This document shows positions 58,483-64,000 of a DNA stretch of 64,000 nucleotides, one piece after another; within the stretch, counting starts at the first letter, position 1; every line of letters begins with the position of its first letter. This DNA is from Thermoproteota archaeon (GTDB lineage Archaea; Korarchaeota; Korarchaeia; Korarchaeales; Korarchaeaceae): positions 768,001 through 832,000 of the forward strand of contig JALSOH010000004.1 in the NCBI GenBank assembly GCA_026986575.1, written 5' to 3'. The translations under genes were made by a program, and so were the position numbers. Below the pieces are notes generated by a model. The model did no database searches. It saw only the letters and a program-made list of their open reading frames with translations, and was not told where the DNA came from.

Positions 58483-59447
58483 ATGGAGCTGCTGTACCTC
58501 TCCTACCAAGATATATCTTCCTTGAGTATCCCCCTGTCCGATATAATAAGGGTCGTGGAGAATGCGTTCCGTCAGAAGGGAGAGGGTCTGGCTGAGATGC
58601 CCCCCAAGCCGGAATTCATCCTCGACCGGACTCATTTATTCATGCGATGCCGGCTTACCTCAAGGGTAGCGATGCTGCTGGCTTGAAGTGGGTATCTGGC
58701 TATCCGGAAAATCCCAAGAGGGGTCTCCCCTACATAACTGGCCTATTCATTCTCAATGACCCTAATACTGGGGTGCCGGTAGCCGTGATGGATGCCATGT
58801 GGATAACCGCCTATAGAACGGCTGCAGCCACGGCCGTTGCAGCCAAGTACCTAGCTAGGGAGGATAGCGAGGTCCTAGCGGTGCTGGGTTGCGGGACTCA
58901 AGGTAAGACCAATACCTTGATGCTTAGGGAGTTGCTCCCCATAAAGACCGTCTGGGCATATGACATCGATCCGAAGGCCCTCGACAGGTATGAGGAGTTC
59001 GTTAAGGAGAGGATCGATGTGGAGATCATCAGGGCCTCCTCACCCAAGGAAGCGGTGGAGCACGCCGACATTATAGTTACAGCAGGCCCGATCCTCAAGA
59101 ACCCGAATCCAGTTATAGAGGCGGACTGGGTGAGGGAGGGTGCCACCGCTGTACCGCTGGACTTCGACTCCTACTGGAAATCCTCGGCCATAGCCTCGAT
59201 GGACAAGTTCTACACGGATGATGTGGATCAACTGAAGTACTACATAGAAGAAGGATGGATTCGTCCCATAGAGAGGATAGATGGAGATTTGGGTGAGGTC
59301 GTTGCCGGGAAGAAGCCCGGCAGGGAGGGAGACCACGAGAGGATAATGTCCATGAATCTGGGGCTAGCTATAGAGGATGTCGCAACGGGGAAGCTAATCT
59401 ACGATCTAGCCAAGAAAAAGAGAGTTGGGAGGAAGCTTCCCCTTTGA
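58483..59447 (+). pseudogene. Ornithine cyclodeaminase/alanine dehydrogenase (mu-crystallin) family, one frameshift
   Basis: One G missing at 58611-12; repair gives MPPKPGIHPRPDSFIHAMPAY; GLKWVS, TAYRTAA, GCGTQG, GLAIED. Confidence 0.8.
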
Positions 59448-59929
59448 TGCTCGGGTTAGGGGTGCCCGTCGCTAGAGTGGTCTTAGGGGTGGAGGCCTCC
59501 ACCTACGGGGAGGTAGGCCTCTGCCTTGACCTCTTCTTCTCCAAGTGGGCTTCCTCCCTCGACGAGTTCGTACCCCTCTTAATACCCGAGCAGAGGTTTA
59601 TGGGGGCTGTAGATAGCTCTTACCTCGAGCTCGAACCTCTTGTATCTCCTGAAGAGTTCGTTGAGAGGTTTTCGATCGCATACAGGAGGTATGCCGAGCG
59701 AGTGAACGATCTCAGGGAGAAGCTGCTTCAGGTAAGGAGATCCTATCGATTCAATCTCCTGATTCCTCCCTCGCCGTCGCAGCTTCATGCTGAGGACATA
59801 CTAGTGAAGGAGATAGGGCTGATCGAGGGTTCCGTAAGGGGGGTTAATCTAATACTTGGACTTAACGAGTGGGATAAAATCGAGGAGGTGAGCTTGACAG
59901 CGTGGCAGGATAATTCGATGCTGGCTTGA
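59444..59929 (+). CDS. Hypothetical protein
   Basis: ORF coupled to the upstream stop; no motif recognised. Confidence 0.45.
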   Translation: MMLGLGVPVARVVLGVEASTYGEVGLCLDLFFSKWASSLDEFVPLLIPEQRFMGAVDSSYLELEPLVSPEEFVERFSIAYRRYAERVNDLREKLLQVRRSYRFNLLIPPSPSQLHAEDILVKEIGLIEGSVRGVNLILGLNEWDKIEEVSLTAWQDNSMLA

Positions 59930-60259
59930 CGTGTTCTCTCCGAGGGGTTACTTCAGGTTTGGGGAGAGGTCTAACCTCTTAGCTACGCTGATAAGATCAA
60001 ATCCCCAGCTACGAGATTTTCTATCGTCATTGACCAATGGATAGTGCTTCTCTATTGGAGAGAGTGGCTAAATTGGAGTTATTGATCCACATATCAGGCA
60101 GATTTCTACAACCACGCGCCTTAATTCGATAAGATACCAGCCCACGATACTTGGCCTATGACCTCGGGAAATTTGTTAGGACATGGTGGAAAACCCGAAG
60201 CGCGGGATCCTAAATCAAATCCAATTCATGAAGTGCCATTAAGAACAAAAGCAACGATA

Positions 60260-60949
60260 TCACTTCTCAGTTAGCCTCCTATAGATCTTCCTACCGGTAT
60301 CATTTCTCACGTATCCGCTCTCCAGAGCTGGTATCACTAGATCTGGTCGATCTGTGGTAATGGCGTCCACGCCTATTTTAGCTAGGGCGAGGGCCTGCTC
60401 CGCATCGTTCACCGTCCACACGTATGTGAGGCCACCCACCTCCTTCATCTCGCTCAGAAGGGCCTCGTCCACATAGGAGAGCTCGACTGACAGCCCGTCA
60501 GCCATCGCGTCGGCCATGACCCTAGCGGGTCTGGCTGGCCTGTCCTGTATAGACGCCAGCATCAAGTAGTTGCCCTCTAGCTCCGGTCTGAGCTTCCTGA
60601 GGATGTTGTGGTATTTAGAGCTGATCGCGACACTCCCGTCCCCGGGCAGGGAGCTGAAGATCTTGGGATCCACCTCTGGGGTCTTGAGGTCTAAGACTAG
60701 GGAGACATCCCTCTCTACGACCTCCCTCACGATCCTGTCCAGCGATTCGCCCCTAGGTTCTGGGAAAAAGATCCTCCTCAACAGGGCCTCCCTCAAGGTA
60801 GCGGGCTTTATGCCAGCTACATGCCTGACCTCGCTCCCCGTTATGTCCACCTCTACCGCATCGACTCCCAGCTGTAGGTAGAGCCTGAGCTTGGTAAGGG
60901 TGTTCGCCCTATGTCCCACTATGAGCGGACGCATCCAAGGGGCGTGCAT
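60260..60949 (-). CDS. Glycerophosphodiester phosphodiesterase family
   Basis: VGHRA, AVEVD, LDLK, WTVND, GVDAITTDRPD. Confidence 0.9.
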   Translation of the reverse strand: MHAPWMRPLIVGHRANTLTKLRLYLQLGVDAVEVDITGSEVRHVAGIKPATLREALLRRIFFPEPRGESLDRIVREVVERDVSLVLDLKTPEVDPKIFSSLPGDGSVAISSKYHNILRKLRPELEGNYLMLASIQDRPARPARVMADAMADGLSVELSYVDEALLSEMKEVGGLTYVWTVNDAEQALALAKIGVDAITTDRPDLVIPALESGYVRNDTGRKIYRRLTEK

Positions 60950-61019
60950 CCTAACAATTTAAACGTGCCTGAGCCAGCCAGAACTGGGCCGGGAAATCAC
61001 ATGGGAAGAGAAAAACTAT

Positions 61020-62795
61020 CTAACCTGATTCACGCAGTGTCTCCCTAGCGAGCCTCACTAGATTGACCATGACCAATAAGAGACCCCCGTCATCTCCCAA
61101 GGCGACGGCTGCCCACAAGGGGATATACCCAATCACTCCAAGCAGGGCTGCTACAGCCTTGAAGGTACCCACAAAGGCCATATTCGACCAGAAGGTGGAT
61201 ACCACGGACCTGGAAGCCCTGAACAGCCATGGCAGTGACGAGATGCCTGACACAAGGGCCACATCGCCTGCCTCGATTGAGGCCTCCAAACTACCAACGG
61301 CCACACCTAAATCGGCCGCAGCGAGGGCCGGGGCATCATTTATCCCGTCACCGACCATCGCGACATATCCGAACTCCTTCAGCCTCTTGACTATCTCAAC
61401 CTTCCCTTCTGGGGAGAGGTCCGCGTAGAGCTCGTGGATCCCCAAGCCCACGGCTACCGGTCTGGCGTTCTCCTCCCTGTCACCGGTGAGCATGGCAACG
61501 CGGAGACCCATCTCCTTCAGTCGCCCGATCACCTCCTTAGCTAAGGGATTCACCTCGTCCCCAAGCGACACGTACCCGTGTCTCCCTCCAACCGAGGCAT
61601 GAACAACGACACCCCCGCTCGTAACCTCCTCAACCCCTACGAAGGACGCCTTTCCCGCGACCACCTCCGCCCCGTCTACTAACCCCCTTATCCCCTCACC
61701 CGGTACCTCTTCTACTTCCTCGGGTATCGAGAGCTTCAGACCCCTCCTCTTGGCTTCCTCCACAAGAGCTCTGGCCACGGGATGCTGCGAAGCCAGCTCT
61801 AGAGAAGCTAACAGCCTGAAGTCCTCTACATCCATGTGTAGCTCCCTCACCACCAGTCTCCCCAATGTGAGGGTACCGGTCTTGTCGATGGCTACGGCCC
61901 TTACCTTGGCAGCCATCTCTACAGGGGCGGATCCCTTGAACAGCACTCCTCTCCTCGCAGCCACAGCCAACGATGTGAGGGTCGTGGCCGGAGCGGCAAC
62001 AAGGAAGGCACTCGGACAGGCGACGGCCACCAGAACTATGGATGCTCTCACTCCTAGGAGGGCCCATGCCAGCGCGGAGAGGGCGAGCATCGACGGGAGG
62101 TAGTACTTGCTGAACCTCTGGACCAGCCTCTCTCCGGAGGACTTCCTTCCCTTGAACTCCTCCACCATGGCGAGTATGCGCGAGATGAATGCCTCCTTCC
62201 CAACCCTCAGGGCTCTTATGACTAGGCTTCCCTCGACTAGGAGGGAGCCGGAGTGGACGTAGCTGCCCATCTCCACCCTCACAGGGAGAGGTTCGCCGGT
62301 CACCACCGACTGATCCAAGTGCCCCTTACCTCTGACCACCAGCCCGTCCACGGGGACCCTCTCGCCCCTAGCCACCACCACTAGGTCCCCCTTCCTTATG
62401 GAATCGAATCCCACCTCCAAGAGGGAGCCGTCCCTCTCCACTTTGGCCTTCCTCGGGAGGTACTCCATCAACTCCTTCAACCCAGACTCAGCCCTCTCCA
62501 TGGCCACATGCTCCAGTATCTCGGCCAGTCCGAACATTCCGAGGAGGAGGGTACCCTCAAGGTGGAGGTCTAGCCAGTAGGTTAGGCCACCAACCCCGAC
62601 CATCAGCAGGTTAATCACATGCTCTAGCTCCGCCTTCCTCTCGTGGAGCACCTCCCAAGCCGTGTAGGAGGAGATCATGACTATCAGTAAGAGGAGTAGA
62701 AGCGAATCCAAGCCCTCTATACCGGTTACGTGCAAGATCACTGATATCAGCGATGCGATCAGCACTGAAGCCCAGAAGAGATCCTCCAGCTCCAA
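61020..62795 (-). CDS. P1B heavy-metal-transporting ATPase without an N-terminal metal-binding domain
   Basis: TGEP, ACPSA, DKTGTLT, HP, LTGD, GDGINDAPAL. Confidence 0.93.
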   Translation of the reverse strand: MELEDLFWASVLIASLISVILHVTGIEGLDSLLLLLLIVMISSYTAWEVLHERKAELEHVINLLMVGVGGLTYWLDLHLEGTLLLGMFGLAEILEHVAMERAESGLKELMEYLPRKAKVERDGSLLEVGFDSIRKGDLVVVARGERVPVDGLVVRGKGHLDQSVVTGEPLPVRVEMGSYVHSGSLLVEGSLVIRALRVGKEAFISRILAMVEEFKGRKSSGERLVQRFSKYYLPSMLALSALAWALLGVRASIVLVAVACPSAFLVAAPATTLTSLAVAARRGVLFKGSAPVEMAAKVRAVAIDKTGTLTLGRLVVRELHMDVEDFRLLASLELASQHPVARALVEEAKRRGLKLSIPEEVEEVPGEGIRGLVDGAEVVAGKASFVGVEEVTSGGVVVHASVGGRHGYVSLGDEVNPLAKEVIGRLKEMGLRVAMLTGDREENARPVAVGLGIHELYADLSPEGKVEIVKRLKEFGYVAMVGDGINDAPALAAADLGVAVGSLEASIEAGDVALVSGISSLPWLFRASRSVVSTFWSNMAFVGTFKAVAALLGVIGYIPLWAAVALGDDGGLLLVMVNLVRLARETLRESG

Positions 62796-62848
62796 GTTTC
62801 TCCCCTTGAGCTAGAGGGTCCCTTAAATAATATGCTCCCCCCACCTCA

Positions 62849-63346
62849 ATGATGGAGATGGATTGGAAGGACCTCCTGATAGATCTGTACATGAGGAGAG
62901 CGGAAAAGAACGTCTTAGAGGTAGGTACAGGTTTCGGAGCTAACTTATCTCTCCTCTTGGAGGTCTTCCCAGATTCTACGATAGTGACAGTTGATCCCGA
63001 ACTCTCCGCATCGAACAGGGTTCCTCAGGGGGTTCACTTCGTCCAATCAAGCGCCGAAAGCCTACCCTTCCGGGACGAATCCTTCGATCTGCTCTCGACC
63101 GTTGCCACGATTCACCACCTCACCGACGTTCAGGCAGCGCTTGGCGAGTTCAGGAGGGTACTCAGATGCACCGGCAGGCTGGTCATAATGGACTGGACCC
63201 CCGACTCTAGGTACAATCCACATGGGAGGGAGAGGGTGGCGAGGAGCATGGAAGAGGTAATGTCCTCCGTGGACCACTATGTACAGGTCATCCACATGGA
63301 GGAGGAAGAGGATTACTACGTGATATGCGGGGCCAAGCTCTGCTGA
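62849..63346 (+). CDS. Class I SAM methyltransferase
   Basis: LEVGTGFG, AESLPFRDESFD, HHL, EFRRVL. Confidence 0.88.
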   Translation: MMEMDWKDLLIDLYMRRAEKNVLEVGTGFGANLSLLLEVFPDSTIVTVDPELSASNRVPQGVHFVQSSAESLPFRDESFDLLSTVATIHHLTDVQAALGEFRRVLRCTGRLVIMDWTPDSRYNPHGRERVARSMEEVMSSVDHYVQVIHMEEEEDYYVICGAKLC

Positions 63347-63365
63347 GCTGGCGATAAACCTAAAT

Positions 63366-63400
63366 ATGATAATATTAATTATCATAATGAGAATTATCAT
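63366..63400. promoter_or_regulatory. Palindromes ATGATAAT-ATTA-ATTATCAT and ATGAGAATTATCAT at the ATPase start
   Basis: Perfect 8-bp arms at 63366-63385; second copy overlaps the start codons. Confidence 0.55.
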
Positions 63401-64000
63401 GTTTGTGGACAGGAAGGAGGAGCTGGAAGCCCTGAAAGAGAGGCTGGAATCTGACTCGTTCGAGTTCATAGTGGTGATGGGGAGGAGGAGAATAGGGAAG
63501 ACCCGTCTCATCTTGGAAGCTGTCAAGGGAAAGGATTACATCTATTATCTGGCGGTTGAGGGAGGTAACTTAAGGTACTTCAAGCTGACGGCATCCCGCC
63601 TCGTTCCTCAGGCTAGGTACGCGATGGAGGATTGGGAATCTATATTCACTTTCCTGAAGGACAGGATAGTGGTTATAGACGAATTCCCTAACATGGTGAA
63701 GGAAGATCCTAGTGTCGTCTCGGTCTTCCAGAGGATAGTTGACTTACACCTGCGCGGTACTAGGACGAAGCTGATTCTGTGCGGTTCCTCAGTCTCCATG
63801 ATGAAGGATAAGGTCCTCTCCTACAAGAGCCCATTGTACGGCAGGAGGACCTCCACCCTCAGGCTGGGTCCCCTGAGGTTCCCCGACCTCAAGGGATTCT
63901 TCCCCTCCTCAAGTTGGGAGGAGCTTGTAGAGATCTACGGCTTTGCTGACGGGGTCCCCTACTACCTGAGCAAGGTCAGGACACCCTTCTGGTCTTGGTT
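63387..64000 (+). CDS. Archaeal ATPase (AAA/DUF234-type), partial, runs off the window
   Basis: FVDRKEEL, GRRRIGKT, VIDEFP, LCGSSVSMM, SPLYGRRT, GVPYYL. Confidence 0.92.
   Translation, partial: MRIIMFVDRKEELEALKERLESDSFEFIVVMGRRRIGKTRLILEAVKGKDYIYYLAVEGGNLRYFKLTASRLVPQARYAMEDWESIFTFLKDRIVVIDEFPNMVKEDPSVVSVFQRIVDLHLRGTRTKLILCGSSVSMMKDKVLSYKSPLYGRRTSTLRLGPLRFPDLKGFFPSSSWEELVEIYGFADGVPYYLSKVRTPFWSW

Noticed and set aside
59890-60043. Frameshifted continuation of the 59444 ORF (RIIRCWLDVFSPRGYF...)
   Set aside because: Looks coding but has no motif or homolog support that I can verify
194-63799. Numerous antisense or alternate-frame ORFs in the track (e.g. 194-964, 8385-9317, 2775-3419)
   Set aside because: Shadows of well-supported genes with Ser/Pro/Leu-rich, motif-free translations
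1-64000. CRISPR arrays, tRNA/rRNA genes, IS elements, integrases
   Set aside because: No periodic repeats, cloverleaf or T-loop motifs, or transposase/recombinase motifs seen by eye

Overview
Gene-dense archaeal chromosome segment. TATA-type promoters, GGAGG/GGTGA ribosome-binding sites, heavy AGG/AGA/ATA codon use and an IPCT-DIPPS di-myo-inositol-phosphate gene point to a (hyper)thermophile; a Korarchaeia/Thermoprotei-like host is my inference only. I saw no rRNA, tRNA, CRISPR array or intact transposase. Main blocks: (1) amino-acid uptake and catabolism (lysine/saccharopine dehydrogenase, class III aminotransferase, Liv-type ABC transporter); (2) a four-gene operon best read as Re-citrate synthase + LeuCD-type hydro-lyase + NAD-isocitrate dehydrogenase, close to glnA; (3) housekeeping genes (udg, nadE, metB, IPCT-DIPPS); (4) an AT-richer sulfur block with a ModE-like regulator, a psrABC-like operon broken by six lesions, intact DUF1641-SQR-TusA-DsrE, and divergent CCG/LUD iron-sulfur genes; (5) a zone of decayed small genes (about 45.9-51.6 kb) that also holds a clean C/D-box sRNA; (6) two MNT-HEPN pairs whose MNT looks catalytically dead, an OB-fold protein with a pseudo-AAA+ domain, an orphan molybdoenzyme, archaeal ATPases with operator-like palindromes, and a P1B ATPase. 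All family assignments come from motif recognition by eye, without database searches.
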